From NCBI GenBank assembly GCA_022072415.1, contig JAJVHW010000006.1, positions 4,958 through 68,957 of the forward strand: a stretch of DNA of 64,000 bases, in the 5' to 3' direction. Positions 18,514 to 28,695 of the stretch are shown here, piece after piece (position 1 is the first letter of the stretch; each line of letters starts with the position of its first letter). Under the pieces are notes generated by a model that saw only the letters and a list, made by a program, of their open reading frames with translations, was not told the origin of the DNA and made no database searches. This stretch comes from Planctomycetota bacterium (GTDB lineage: Bacteria > Planctomycetota > JAJSAM01 > JAJVHW01). The position numbers were made by a program, and so were the translations under genes.

Positions 18514-19398
18514 ATGTCCACCGGCGCGCCTTCCGCCCCCGTCCGTCCCAGCTTCGCCGGGATCGTCCGCGTCCGCACCGGGCTCGACATCTACGTCGAA
18601 CGGCACGGCGAGCGCGGGCGGCCCCCGGTCATGCTCCTCATGGGCACCGGCGCCGACCACTCGCTCTGGAACGCCCAGGTCGAAGCGTACACGCGCGAGT
18701 TCGAGCTCGTCGTCATCGACTCCCGGGGGACCGGACGATCGACCCGTCCCGACGACCCGCGCACCTGCACGCCCCGGGCGATGGCCGAGGACGCGCTCGG
18801 CGTGCTCGACGCGCTCGGGATCGGCCGCGTCCACCTGGGCGGCCTGTCTCTGGGGTCCGCCGTCGCGCAGGAGGCCGCGCTCCTGGAACCCGACCGCCTG
18901 CTCTCGCTCTCCCTCCACGGCGCATGGGCGCGGAGCGACGAGTGGTTCCGCCGCTGCATCGACACGCTCGAGTACCCCGCCGCGCGAGGCGACGTGAAGG
19001 CGTACCTCCGCGCCGGGCTGATGTGGGTGCTCTCCCCGCACTTTCTCGCGACCGAACCGCCGGCGGTGGCCGACATCGAGCGCACGTACGTGGACGAGAA
19101 CCCACATCCGCCCTCCGGTCCGGGCATCTGCGGCCACACGCACGCCGACAAGATGCACGACACGCTCGATCGGCTCCCGTCGATCCGCGTCCGTACGCTG
19201 GTGACCGCGGGCGAGATGGACATCATCACGCCGCCCCGCTACGGCGAGGTCGTCGCCCGCTCGATCCCCGGCGCGCGCTACCACCTCTTCCGCGGCCCGC
19301 TCTCGTCGCACTGCGCGTGCATCGAGATGGCCGACGAGTGGAACCGCGTGACGCTCGCGTTCCTGCGGGGGGACGCGGTGGGCGAAGTCCTCGGATGA
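18514..19398 (+). CDS. Alpha/beta-fold hydrolase
   Basis: DSRGTGRS, nucleophile elbow GLSLG, AGEMDIITPP, C-terminal His. Confidence 0.9.
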   Translation: MSTGAPSAPVRPSFAGIVRVRTGLDIYVERHGERGRPPVMLLMGTGADHSLWNAQVEAYTREFELVVIDSRGTGRSTRPDDPRTCTPRAMAEDALGVLDALGIGRVHLGGLSLGSAVAQEAALLEPDRLLSLSLHGAWARSDEWFRRCIDTLEYPAARGDVKAYLRAGLMWVLSPHFLATEPPAVADIERTYVDENPHPPSGPGICGHTHADKMHDTLDRLPSIRVRTLVTAGEMDIITPPRYGEVVARSIPGARYHLFRGPLSSHCACIEMADEWNRVTLAFLRGDAVGEVLG

Positions 19399-21167
19399 CC
19401 GACGCCGCGCCGACGTCCGCCGACGGCGATTCGATCTCCCCCCGCCGATACGCCGCGCTGCTCGCGTGCGTGGCGTTCGTCGTCGCGGGCGTCACGGCCT
19501 GGCCGTGGCTCCGTTTCGACTGGGAGATGCGCGCGACGGGCGGCGCCGCGTTGCCGCTCGTCGGCGTGGTGGACGGAGAGTTCTACATCTTCCTCCTCCG
19601 CCGCGCGGCCGAGGGCTTCACCGACAGCGCGAATCATCTCCTCCTCGAGCACCGCGGCCCTTCCGGGCACTCCGAGGAGGAACTCGTCCGGTGGATCGCG
19701 TCGGCTCCGCTCCGGATCTTCGGCGGGAGCGCGCATCACGTGGTCCTGGCGATGACGGCGGTCTGCGCGGGGCTCCATGCGCTGCTGTTCGCGGCGATCG
19801 CGCGCGCCGTCGGGGCTTCGCGAGCCGCCGCCGCGGCGACGGCCGCCGCGTGCTGCCTGGTCCCCCACGTCTTCGCGTGGTACGGCGCCGGCTTCTGGCT
19901 CCTGCGCCCCGATGCGGCGCTGCTCGACTTCCTGCCGCTCGCGCGGCCCGTGCATCCGAGCGTCTCCGGACTCCTGCTCTGGGGCGGCGTGCTCGCGGCG
20001 GTCCGCGCGGTGCGGAACGGGTCGCGCGTCGCGCTCGTCGCCGCGGCGGCGATGACGTGGCTCTCGTGGGAGATCTACCGCCCCGTCTTCCCGCTCCTCG
20101 GGGCGTTCATGGTCGGCGCGTGCGCCGCGCACTGGCTCCGCGGCGACCGCAAGTCCGCGGCGTGGACCGCCGCGCTCGGCGCGGCCGTGCTGGCGCTCCG
20201 CTTCGGCGCGTTGACGTCGACGGTGGGCGGCGAGGACCTCGTCAACGGAATGGGCGTGCCGCGCAGGGCGCCGATCCTGACCGCGAACGCGGCCCTCCTG
20301 GTCGCCGTCGCCGTCGCCGCGGTCGCGGTCGCCCTCCGCAGGCGGCTTCGCGCCGAGCCGGTGATGTTCGCCGTGTCCGCGGCCGGCGCGACTCTCCTCG
20401 TCTGGAACCAGCAGGTCGTGACGGGACGCATCTTCCAGCCGTTCCACTACGACTGGTTCTGGACGACCCCGTTCACGTGGCTCGCGCTCGCCGGCGTCGC
20501 AGCCGCGCTCCCCGCGCCGAAGCCGCGAGCGTCCACGGCCGTCGCGCTTGCCGTCCTCGCCCTGTCGGTCGTGTCGGGCCTCCGCATCCAGGACCACGCG
20601 CGCCGCCGCCGCGCCGCGTGGTACCGCACCGTGCAGACGCAGCGCGGCGCGTTCGACTGGCTCGCCGCGAACGCCGGTCCGGACGATGTCGCCGTGTTCG
20701 CCCGCGACGAGTCCGCCCGCCTCTACGCGGCGCACACGGGGCGGCCCGTCTACGCCGTCATGGAGATGCAGTTCACGGCGACGGCGCCCGACGAGCGAGA
20801 GCGCCGCGAGCGCCGCCTCGTGCAGTTCGACGTCTTCGGGGTCACGCGCGACGCGCTCGCCGCCGGAATGGACGACCGGAGCGCGATCCACGGGATGCTC
20901 TTCGGCTGGCGGACGTTCGGTCCGCCCGGCCCCCGCATCGCCGCCGTGATGCACACCGACGCTCCGCCGCCGCTCCCGGCGGCGACGCGCGACGAGATCC
21001 TCGCCGCGTGGGACGCGCTCCGCGCCCGTCCCGACGCGGAACGCAGGACGCTGCACCGGCTCGACTGGATCGTCTGGACCGACGACGCCCCGAAGGAGTT
21101 CCGCGAGCCGACGGACCTGCCGCTCGCCGCCAAGGGCCCGGGCTGGCGCATCCGCCGCGTGCGCTGA
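19395..21167 (+). CDS. Polytopic membrane protein (GT-C-like topology)
   Basis: More than 10 hydrophobic segments plus a C-terminal soluble domain; ATGA-coupled to the hydrolase. Confidence 0.7.
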   Translation: MTDAAPTSADGDSISPRRYAALLACVAFVVAGVTAWPWLRFDWEMRATGGAALPLVGVVDGEFYIFLLRRAAEGFTDSANHLLLEHRGPSGHSEEELVRWIASAPLRIFGGSAHHVVLAMTAVCAGLHALLFAAIARAVGASRAAAAATAAACCLVPHVFAWYGAGFWLLRPDAALLDFLPLARPVHPSVSGLLLWGGVLAAVRAVRNGSRVALVAAAAMTWLSWEIYRPVFPLLGAFMVGACAAHWLRGDRKSAAWTAALGAAVLALRFGALTSTVGGEDLVNGMGVPRRAPILTANAALLVAVAVAAVAVALRRRLRAEPVMFAVSAAGATLLVWNQQVVTGRIFQPFHYDWFWTTPFTWLALAGVAAALPAPKPRASTAVALAVLALSVVSGLRIQDHARRRRAAWYRTVQTQRGAFDWLAANAGPDDVAVFARDESARLYAAHTGRPVYAVMEMQFTATAPDERERRERRLVQFDVFGVTRDALAAGMDDRSAIHGMLFGWRTFGPPGPRIAAVMHTDAPPPLPAATRDEILAAWDALRARPDAERRTLHRLDWIVWTDDAPKEFREPTDLPLAAKGPGWRIRRVR

Positions 21168-22397
21168 TCAGGTCTTCCGGCGCGCGTGGTCCGAAGGCGA
21201 CCGCTCGGCCACGCGCCGGGCCGCGGCGCGGGCGACGGTGCCGTCGCCGAACCGGTCGGTGAGCGCGTCCACGGCGCGGTCGAGCCGCCGCTTCCTCTCG
21301 TCGGCCGGAGACGCGAAGAGGTCGCCCTGCGCTCCGTCCTTCGTGAACCGGCCGGCCGACACGCCGATGAGCCGCACCGGACGGAACGACGCCGACGCCC
21401 ACGTCTGGAAGAGCGACCGCGCGGCGCTCCACACGTCGGCCGTCGCATCGGTCGGCTGCGGGAGGGTCGTCTGCCGCGTGATCGTCTCGAACGCGCCGTA
21501 GCGGATCTTCACGTGCACTTCCCGCGCGCGCAGCCCGCTCCGCCGGATGCGCCGCGCGACGGCCTCCGCTTCGGCGAGCAGCACGGAGAGCACCTCGGCG
21601 GGATCGCCGAGGTCGGTCTCGAACGTCCGCTCCTGACCGATCGACTTCGCCTCGGAATCGGGGACCACGTCGCGGTCGTCCTGCCCCGTCGCGAGCGCGC
21701 GCCAGTGGTCCGCGGCGCCGCGTCCGACGGTGCGCGCGAGCAGTTCACCGTCGCACGCGAGGAGCTCCGCGATGGTCCGCACGCCGATCCCGTGCAGCTT
21801 CCGCTCCGCGACCTCGCCGACGCCCCAGATCTTCCGCACCGGAAGCGGCGCGAGCAGCGCCGGTCCGCCGCCGCGGGGGACGACCGTCAGACCGTCGGGC
21901 TTCTTCAGGTCGCTCGCGAGCTTCGCGAGGAACTTGTTCTCGGCGACGCCGGCCGACGCCGTGAGCGAGAGCTCCTCGCGGATGCGGCGGCGGAGGCGCT
22001 CCGCCGTGTCCGCGGGCGGCCCGTGCAGCCGCTCGGTGCCGGTCAGGTCCACGAACGCCTCGTCGATCGAGAGCGGCTCGACCAGCGGCGAGAGTTCCTC
22101 CAGCATCCCGAACACCTGCGCGGAGACCGCCGCGTAGTGGTCCATCCTGGGCTCGACGACGATCGCCTGCGGGCAGAGCCGCTTCGCGACCGCGAGCGGC
22201 TGGGCCGACCGGCACCCGAACTTCCGCGCCTCGTAGCTCGCCGTGGTGAGCACCGACCGAGCGCCCTCGAACGCGACCACCACCGGCTTCCCGCGGAGTT
22301 CCGGCCGGTCCCGCTGCTCCACCGACGCATAGAACGCATCCATGTCCACATGGAGGATCACCCGCCGGACCGGGGCTTCGGGAGAGGGGCTCGGCAC
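21168..22397 (-). CDS. dinB: DNA polymerase IV
   Basis: ILHVDMDAFYASVEQRD, ASYEARKFG, SIDEAFVD, NKFLAKLASDLKKPDG. Confidence 0.97.
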   Translation of the reverse strand: MPSPSPEAPVRRVILHVDMDAFYASVEQRDRPELRGKPVVVAFEGARSVLTTASYEARKFGCRSAQPLAVAKRLCPQAIVVEPRMDHYAAVSAQVFGMLEELSPLVEPLSIDEAFVDLTGTERLHGPPADTAERLRRRIREELSLTASAGVAENKFLAKLASDLKKPDGLTVVPRGGGPALLAPLPVRKIWGVGEVAERKLHGIGVRTIAELLACDGELLARTVGRGAADHWRALATGQDDRDVVPDSEAKSIGQERTFETDLGDPAEVLSVLLAEAEAVARRIRRSGLRAREVHVKIRYGAFETITRQTTLPQPTDATADVWSAARSLFQTWASASFRPVRLIGVSAGRFTKDGAQGDLFASPADERKRRLDRAVDALTDRFGDGTVARAAARRVAERSPSDHARRKT

Positions 22398-22466
22398 GCG
22401 CGGATTGTCGCAGGCCAGGGGACGGTCCCGGCCGCACGGGTCTCGTCGGACGGCCGCGGCGGCGCG

Positions 22467-23567
22467 TCAGTTGAACAGGAAGTGGCAGACGTCGCCGTCG
22501 CGCATCACGTACGAGCGGCCCTCGGTGCGCATCCTGCCCGCGTCGCGGATCGCCTTCTCGGTCTTCAGGGCGACGAGGTCGTCCACGCCGTAGGTCTCCG
22601 ATCGGATGAAGCCCTTCTCGAAGTCCGTGTGGATGACGCCCGCGGCCTGCGGCGCGGTGGCGCCGACGGGGATCGTCCAGGCGCGGATCTCCTTCGGGCC
22701 GGCCGTGTAGAACGACTGCAGCCCGAGGAGCCGGTACGCGGCGCGGGCGAGGGTCGCGAGCGCGGGCTCCTCCATGCCGAGGCTGCCGAGCAGCTCCATG
22801 CGGTCGGCCTCCGGGAGCTCGCCGAGCTCGCTCTCGATCTTCGCGCAGACGGGGACGACCTCCATCCCCTCCGCGGCGGCGCGGGCGCGGACGCGCCCCG
22901 CCAGCTCGCCCTTGCCGAGGACGTCGTCCTCGCCGACGTTCATCACGTAGAGGACCGGCTTCGCGGTCAGCAGCCCGAGGAGATCCACGCCGCGCTGCTC
23001 CTCGGCCGTGAGCCCCTTCAGGGCGCGCGCGGGCTTCCCGGCCTCGAGGAGCGGGAGGAGCTTCCGGATCACCGCCACGCGGAGCGCCGACTCCTTGTCG
23101 CCGCCCTTCGCCGCGCGCTCCGCCTTCGGGAGCGCCGCCTCGACGAGCTGGAGGTCGGCGAGCATCAGCTCCGTGTCGATCGTGTCGATGTCGCGGATCG
23201 GGTCGACGGAGTTCTCGACGTGGAGGACCTGCTCGCCGCCGGGAGGCGACTCGAAGCAGCGCACGACGTGGAGGATCGCGTCCACTTCGCGGATGTGGGA
23301 CAGGAACTTGTTGCCGAGGCCCTCGCCTTCGGACGCGCCGCGGACGATGCCCGCGATGTCCACGAGGCGCAGCACCGCGGGGACGATCTTCTCCGACGAG
23401 ACGTACCCCCGGATGAGCTCGAGGCGCGGGTCGGGGATCGCGACGACCCCGACGTTCGGCTCGATCGTCGCGAACGGATAGTTCGCGGCGAGAGCCCCGG
23501 CCCGGGTCAGGGCGTTGAAGAGCGTGCTCTTCCCGACGTTCGGCAGACCGACGATTCCAGCTTCCAC
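22467..23567 (-). CDS. ychF: Redox-regulated Obg-like ATPase YchF
   Basis: [46 protein letters not shown]. Confidence 0.97.
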   Translation of the reverse strand: MEAGIVGLPNVGKSTLFNALTRAGALAANYPFATIEPNVGVVAIPDPRLELIRGYVSSEKIVPAVLRLVDIAGIVRGASEGEGLGNKFLSHIREVDAILHVVRCFESPPGGEQVLHVENSVDPIRDIDTIDTELMLADLQLVEAALPKAERAAKGGDKESALRVAVIRKLLPLLEAGKPARALKGLTAEEQRGVDLLGLLTAKPVLYVMNVGEDDVLGKGELAGRVRARAAAEGMEVVPVCAKIESELGELPEADRMELLGSLGMEEPALATLARAAYRLLGLQSFYTAGPKEIRAWTIPVGATAPQAAGVIHTDFEKGFIRSETYGVDDLVALKTEKAIRDAGRMRTEGRSYVMRDGDVCHFLFN

Positions 23568-23749
23568 GTGTCACCTCGGGCGCCCGGGCTGATTCCCGGA
23601 GCGCGGAAGGGTGTATCGCGCCGCCCGCCCGAGGGCTCGGGGAAGTCGCGCGTCGGGCGGCGGCCGCCGGATCCTCGGGCGCGTCGGTCGCGGGCCGGTC
23701 CGCACGCGGATCGTTGCAGCCGCCACCCCGTTCCATGTAGACCGCGGGC

Positions 23750-24253
23750 ATGAACGCCCCGATTCGAACGGCTCCCCTGGCCCTCGTCCTCGCGCTGACG
23801 GCCGCCGCGTGCGGCGGATCGGAGAAGCCGGCTCCGGCTCCCGCACCGACGCCTGCGCCATCGCCTGCGCCGACCCCCGAAGGCGCACCGGCTGCGGCGT
23901 GGCCGTCGATGACCCACGAGCAGCGCGAGGCTCACATGAAGGCAGTCGTCATGCCCGCGATGCGCGCGGCGTTCGCCAAGTGGAAGCCCGACGAGTTCGC
24001 CGACATGAAGTGCGGCGTCTGCCACGGCAAGGAGCCGAAGAAGCGCAACTTCAAGATGCCGAACCCCGACATCGAGAAGCTCCCGACCACGCCCGAGGGC
24101 TGGAAGGCGCTCGAAGCCCACGAACCCGACGCGATGGCGTTCATGGGGAAGACCGTCGTCCCCGGGATGGCGAAGATGCTCGGCGTCGCCCCATACGACC
24201 CGGCGACGAAGCAGGGCTTCGGCTGCTTCAACTGCCACGAGGCGCAGAAGTAG
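23750..24253 (+). CDS. Dihaem c-type cytochrome lipoprotein
   Basis: Lipobox TAAA-C, Pro/Ala linker, CGVCH and CFNCH motifs. Confidence 0.85.
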   Translation: MNAPIRTAPLALVLALTAAACGGSEKPAPAPAPTPAPSPAPTPEGAPAAAWPSMTHEQREAHMKAVVMPAMRAAFAKWKPDEFADMKCGVCHGKEPKKRNFKMPNPDIEKLPTTPEGWKALEAHEPDAMAFMGKTVVPGMAKMLGVAPYDPATKQGFGCFNCHEAQK

Positions 24254-24269
24254 GGGACATCCCGCACGC

Positions 24270-24659
24270 CTACTTCAGCCGCACCAGCTTCCCCTTGCGT
24301 CGCACGAGGTTCTTGTAGTCCCACTGGATGTCCCGCGCCTTCCCGAGCCACCGGGCGAGCGCCTTCACGTCCACCTGGTCGGCCGACGTGTACCGCGCCT
24401 CCGCCGCCTTGAAGCTGCCCTCCGGCGCGAGCCCCTCCTCGTCGAACGACTGCCCGCTCCAGAAGAGGAGCCGCACGCAATCCTTCAGCTTGCTGTAGCC
24501 CGCGACCGGATTCCCGTCGAGGAACCACACGGGATGCGCGTGCCACACCTTGTTCTCCGCCTCCGGCAGTCCGCGGTCGATCTCCGCCGCGAGCCGCTCG
24601 CAGATCGCCCGGTCTGCGGCCTTCTGCTTCGCGTTGTACGCCTTCGTGTCGGGATGCAT
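24270..24659 (-). CDS. DUF1801 (YdhG-like) protein
   Basis: ENKVWHAHPVWFLDGNPVAGYSKLKDCVRLLFWSGQSF...WDYKNLVRRKG. Confidence 0.85.
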   Translation of the reverse strand: MHPDTKAYNAKQKAADRAICERLAAEIDRGLPEAENKVWHAHPVWFLDGNPVAGYSKLKDCVRLLFWSGQSFDEEGLAPEGSFKAAEARYTSADQVDVKALARWLGKARDIQWDYKNLVRRKGKLVRLK

Positions 24660-25159
24660 GGGTCGGCTCCGGGTCGGGCGGGCTCGTCACAGTCTACCCG
24701 CGAGGGTCCCGTCGGTCAGTCCGGCGACGGCGCGGGCACGCCGGCTGGAAGACGCAGGGCGGAACGCCTGACGGGGCGGCGCGCGGATCGGCTCATCGCC
24801 GGGAACGAGCGCCTGAACGACGTGTGCGATTGACCCCGACCGGCCCGAGCGCCCCGCTCGCTCGGACGTTCCGCATCGACGAATCGCGCTCATCGAAGGC
24901 GACATCGGCGACCTGCGCAGGACACTCGCAGCCGCGCATTCGACGCGAAAGCGTTCACGATGACCGCACGTGCACTCTCGGACGACGGTGGACGACCTCG
25001 GTGCCGACGACTCGCTGCTGGAGCGAGCCTACGTCGCCCCCACGCCGGGATTCGCTGTCTGGCTCGCCTCCGATCAGGTCGTCGCCGGTCGGGGATGCGG
25101 CAGAGAGGTCCGATCCGCCAGAGTCTTCGCGAACGACAGGAGTCGGCGCATCGCCGACC

Positions 25160-26032
25160 TCACCCCTCGAACGAGTACCCCGCCAGGAACGGCTCGGACG
25201 CGATCAGCGCGTCGATGCGGCGGCGGTGATCGGGGGTGAAGGGGAACGTGTCGCGGCTTCGGCGGGGCGACGGGAAGATCACGGCGGCGCAAGCGTCGAG
25301 GAACGGCGGCGGAGCGTCGAGCCCGACGAAGGAGCAGAGGCGGCGGACCTCGCGGCGCGGGTCGGCGATCACGTCCTCGTGGCGGACGTCGAGGACGGAG
25401 CCGCGGCGGAACGCGTCGTCCCACACTCCGGCCGCGTCGCGGATCCTCGCGACGCCGCGGACGAGGCCGGACGTGACGTCGATCAGCTTCTCCATCGGCG
25501 CGCCGCTCCGCCGGTGGCGCGTCGCGAGGATGTCGTACGGATTCCGCGCCACGTGGACCAGCCTCGGCGGCGCGCCGAAGAGCGCCGCGGCGCGCGCGAG
25601 GAGCGTGGGTTCGGCGGAGAGGCGGCGCACGGAGCGGGCGCCCTTCTTGTCGCCCATCACACGGAGGTCGCCCGTCGCGCCCTGCCCGGCGCCGGGGACG
25701 GCGTACGAGTAGTCCATCCACTTCCGGTCCATCGCCTCGAACTGGCGGCCGTTCTCGAGGACGAGGGAGAGGATCTCCTCGCGCGAGAACCCGCGGTCTA
25801 CGAAGTGGAAGAGGTCGAGTTCGTGCGCGACCGCGGCCTGCGGGTGCGCGTCGAGGAGCGACCCGAACAGGCTGTGGCCCGAGCGCGGGTAGCCGATGAA
25901 GACGACCACCGTCTTCACGCCCGCGAAGAGCGGCGCCTCGCGGCGCGCGGCGTCGGCCGAGAACGTGCGGAGGAGTCCGACGTCGGCCTCCGGGTATCGC
26001 TTGATGCCGACGCACGGCGGGACGGGCGTCAC
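25160..26032 (-). CDS. PAPS-dependent sulfotransferase
   Basis: FIGYPRSGHSL...LDAHP (5'-PSB), HVARNPYD (3'-PB), VRHEDVIADP; GTGA-coupled to the ABC exporter. Confidence 0.88.
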   Translation of the reverse strand: MTPVPPCVGIKRYPEADVGLLRTFSADAARREAPLFAGVKTVVVFIGYPRSGHSLFGSLLDAHPQAAVAHELDLFHFVDRGFSREEILSLVLENGRQFEAMDRKWMDYSYAVPGAGQGATGDLRVMGDKKGARSVRRLSAEPTLLARAAALFGAPPRLVHVARNPYDILATRHRRSGAPMEKLIDVTSGLVRGVARIRDAAGVWDDAFRRGSVLDVRHEDVIADPRREVRRLCSFVGLDAPPPFLDACAAVIFPSPRRSRDTFPFTPDHRRRIDALIASEPFLAGYSFEG

Positions 26033-28695
26033 GCCGGGAGCTCCTCGTCGTCGTCGGACCCGGCGTCCGCATCCCCGGACGAGTCGCCGCCTTCGGACTC
26101 CGCCTTCTTCCGCTCCCCCATCTGCCGGTCCCACATCTCCTTGAACCGGCCGCCCTCGCGGTCCATCAGGAGCGACGGCGGGCCCTGCTCGACGATGGCG
26201 CCCTGGTCGAGCACGACCACGTGGTCGGCGTCGCGAATCGTGGAGAGTCGGTGCGCGACGACGATGACGGTGCGGCCGTGCATCAGCTTCGCGAGCGCGG
26301 CCTGCACCTGCGACTCGGCGTGGCTGTCGAGGGCGCTCGTCGCCTCGTCGAGGATCAGCACCGGCGCGTCCTTCAGGATCGCGCGGGCGATGGTCACGCG
26401 CTGGCGCTGCCCGCCGGAGAGCGACGTGCCGCGCTCGCCCGCCATCTTCCCGTAGCCGCCCTCCATGCGGGCGATCTCGTCGTGGACGAACGCGTCGCGC
26501 GCGGCCTGCTCGACCTGCTCGCGCGTGGCGCCGGGGCAGCCGTAGCGGATGTTCTCCTCGATCGACGCGTTGAAGAGGAAGGCGTCCTGCGTCACGATCG
26601 CCACGTTTGCAAGGAGGCTCTCCTTCGTGACGCTCCGCGCGTCGCGCCCGTCGAAGAGCACGGCTCCCTCCGTCGGGTCGTAGAACCGCGCGACCAGGTC
26701 GCAGATCGTCGTCTTCCCCGCGCCGGTCGGGCCCACGAGCGCGACGACCTTCCCCGCCGGGACCACGAGGTCGATCCCGCGCAGGATGTCCTTCTTCCGG
26801 TAGGCGAAGCGCACGCCGCGGAGCTCGATGCCGCGCGAGAGCGGGCCGCGGGGCATGCGGTCCGCGCCGTCGGGGAGCGTGTCCGGCTCGTCGAAGATCT
26901 CGAAGACGCGCTCGGTGCCCGGGACCGCCTCGATCAGCTTGTTGATGACGGAGGTGATCTCCTTCGACTGCTGGTAGCAGGTCTGGACGATCAGCGTGAA
27001 CGCGAAGAGGTCGCCCACCGAGACGCGCCCCGCGAGCACGAACTTCCCTCCGTACCAGACGAGCAGCGCGCCGCCGCCCATCTGCATCAGGTCCATCAGC
27101 GCCTTGCTCATCGCGGAGAGCCGCTGGAGCTTCCGCGCCTCGCGCCGGTAGCGGTGGACCACCTCGTCGAGGCGCTCGGTCTCGCGCGTCTCGCCGGAGA
27201 ACGCCTTCACCACCTTGATCCCGATCATCATCTGGAAGATGACGTGGCTGATCTCGGCCAGGATGAGCTGCCGCGTCTCCGCGCGCTTCTTCACCTTGCG
27301 CGCGATCCGGTAGAGCGGGAAGACGAGGAGCGGGAGCCCGAGGAGGATGAGCGCGAGGCCCCAGTTCGTGACGAAGGCGAGCAGCAGCGCGCCGGCCAGC
27401 ACGAAGGGCGCGGTGAACGCCGTCTCGAAGACCTGGTTCAGCACGTTCCGGAGCGACGCGACGTCGCGCTCGAGCCGCGCGACGAGGTCGCCGAGCTTGT
27501 GCTTCCCGTAGAAGGAGAGCGGCAGCCGGACGAGCTTCGCGCCGAGCGAGACGCGCACGTCGGCGATCATCTGCGTCGCGTAGAAGTTCTGGAGGTAGTC
27601 GCGGAGGAACCCCGTCCCCGCCATGAGCACGCCCACGCCGAGGGTCGCCCACGAGAGCCAGCGGAGGCGGTCGAGGGCGTCGGCGCCCGGGTCCACGAGC
27701 ACGTCGTCGAAGAGCTCGCTCCCGAGCTTGATCTTCAGCATCTGCGAGGCGGAGAAGAGGCCGCCCAGCACGATGACGACGAGGATCCCCCACCTGTACG
27801 GCTTCGCGAACGAGTAGACGCGGAGGAGCGACGAGATCCGGCCCTGCCGCCCTCCGACCCAGAGGAACGCCGCCACGACGCCCGTGAGCAGCGCGCCGCC
27901 GAGGAGCACGTGCCACGGCTTCGCGCGGCCGACGTACTGCGCGCCGACGCGCAGGCTGAGCCCGCCGGTGTCGCGGAGCGCCTCGCCCTCGGTCATCTCC
28001 ACGAGGACGCCGAACCGCGGGGCGTTCCGGCCTTCGCCGTACGCGGCGGAGAGCTTCGACCACGTCGCGAGCACGCGCTCCGACTTCCCTCCGCGGAACG
28101 TCGGCGGGTTCCCGTCGTCGTCCGGCTCCGCGAGGCCGCCGCGGCCCTGGAGGTGCTTCGCAAGCGCCTCGACGCCCTTCGACTCGTGGTCCTTGTCGAA
28201 GCGGTGGCGATGGCGCTCCTGCACGGCCTTCGGGTCGCCCTGCATGCGGAAGAGGACGCGGCCCGTGTCGTCGGCGACGGCCAGGTGCTCGTAGTTCCCC
28301 GACGACGCGCGCCCGCCCACCGGCGGACCGACGGCGGCGACCGCCTGCGCGCGCGCCGCGAGCGTCTCGTAGCGGATCTTCGCGGAGCGCCCGTTCTCGG
28401 AGATCGCGAGGTTCCGCGGCAGGAACTCGACGGTCAGCTCCGTCTCCGTGCCGCCGCCCCACCGGTCGATCGGCGGCGGCGGGGCCGCCGACATGTCGCC
28501 CGCGGCGAGCGCGGCGCGGGCCGACGCCACGGTCGAGGCGATCTCCCCGTCGAACGCCTTCCGCGCCGCGTCGATCCGCGCGAACGCCGCGCGGCGCGCG
28601 ACCGCCGACGCCCGGGAGTCGTTCACCGCGGTCGCGACCGCCGCCACGAGCATCGCGAACGCGAGCACGCACAGCCACGCCTGGATGCGCCTCAT
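26029..28695 (-). CDS. MsbA-like ABC exporter (TMD+NBD) with an ~285-aa N-terminal TM-extracytoplasmic-TM extension
   Basis: GPTGAGKTT, LSGGQRQR, ILDEATSALD, VAHRLST; ABC_membrane region starts near RVYSFAKPYRW. Confidence 0.9.
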   Translation of the reverse strand: MRRIQAWLCVLAFAMLVAAVATAVNDSRASAVARRAAFARIDAARKAFDGEIASTVASARAALAAGDMSAAPPPPIDRWGGGTETELTVEFLPRNLAISENGRSAKIRYETLAARAQAVAAVGPPVGGRASSGNYEHLAVADDTGRVLFRMQGDPKAVQERHRHRFDKDHESKGVEALAKHLQGRGGLAEPDDDGNPPTFRGGKSERVLATWSKLSAAYGEGRNAPRFGVLVEMTEGEALRDTGGLSLRVGAQYVGRAKPWHVLLGGALLTGVVAAFLWVGGRQGRISSLLRVYSFAKPYRWGILVVIVLGGLFSASQMLKIKLGSELFDDVLVDPGADALDRLRWLSWATLGVGVLMAGTGFLRDYLQNFYATQMIADVRVSLGAKLVRLPLSFYGKHKLGDLVARLERDVASLRNVLNQVFETAFTAPFVLAGALLLAFVTNWGLALILLGLPLLVFPLYRIARKVKKRAETRQLILAEISHVIFQMMIGIKVVKAFSGETRETERLDEVVHRYRREARKLQRLSAMSKALMDLMQMGGGALLVWYGGKFVLAGRVSVGDLFAFTLIVQTCYQQSKEITSVINKLIEAVPGTERVFEIFDEPDTLPDGADRMPRGPLSRGIELRGVRFAYRKKDILRGIDLVVPAGKVVALVGPTGAGKTTICDLVARFYDPTEGAVLFDGRDARSVTKESLLANVAIVTQDAFLFNASIEENIRYGCPGATREQVEQAARDAFVHDEIARMEGGYGKMAGERGTSLSGGQRQRVTIARAILKDAPVLILDEATSALDSHAESQVQAALAKLMHGRTVIVVAHRLSTIRDADHVVVLDQGAIVEQGPPSLLMDREGGRFKEMWDRQMGERKKAESEGGDSSGDADAGSDDDEELPA

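Noticed and set aside
24690..25160. About 470-bp gap with short broken frames, possible pseudogene
   Set aside because: No recognisable motif or consistent reading frame.
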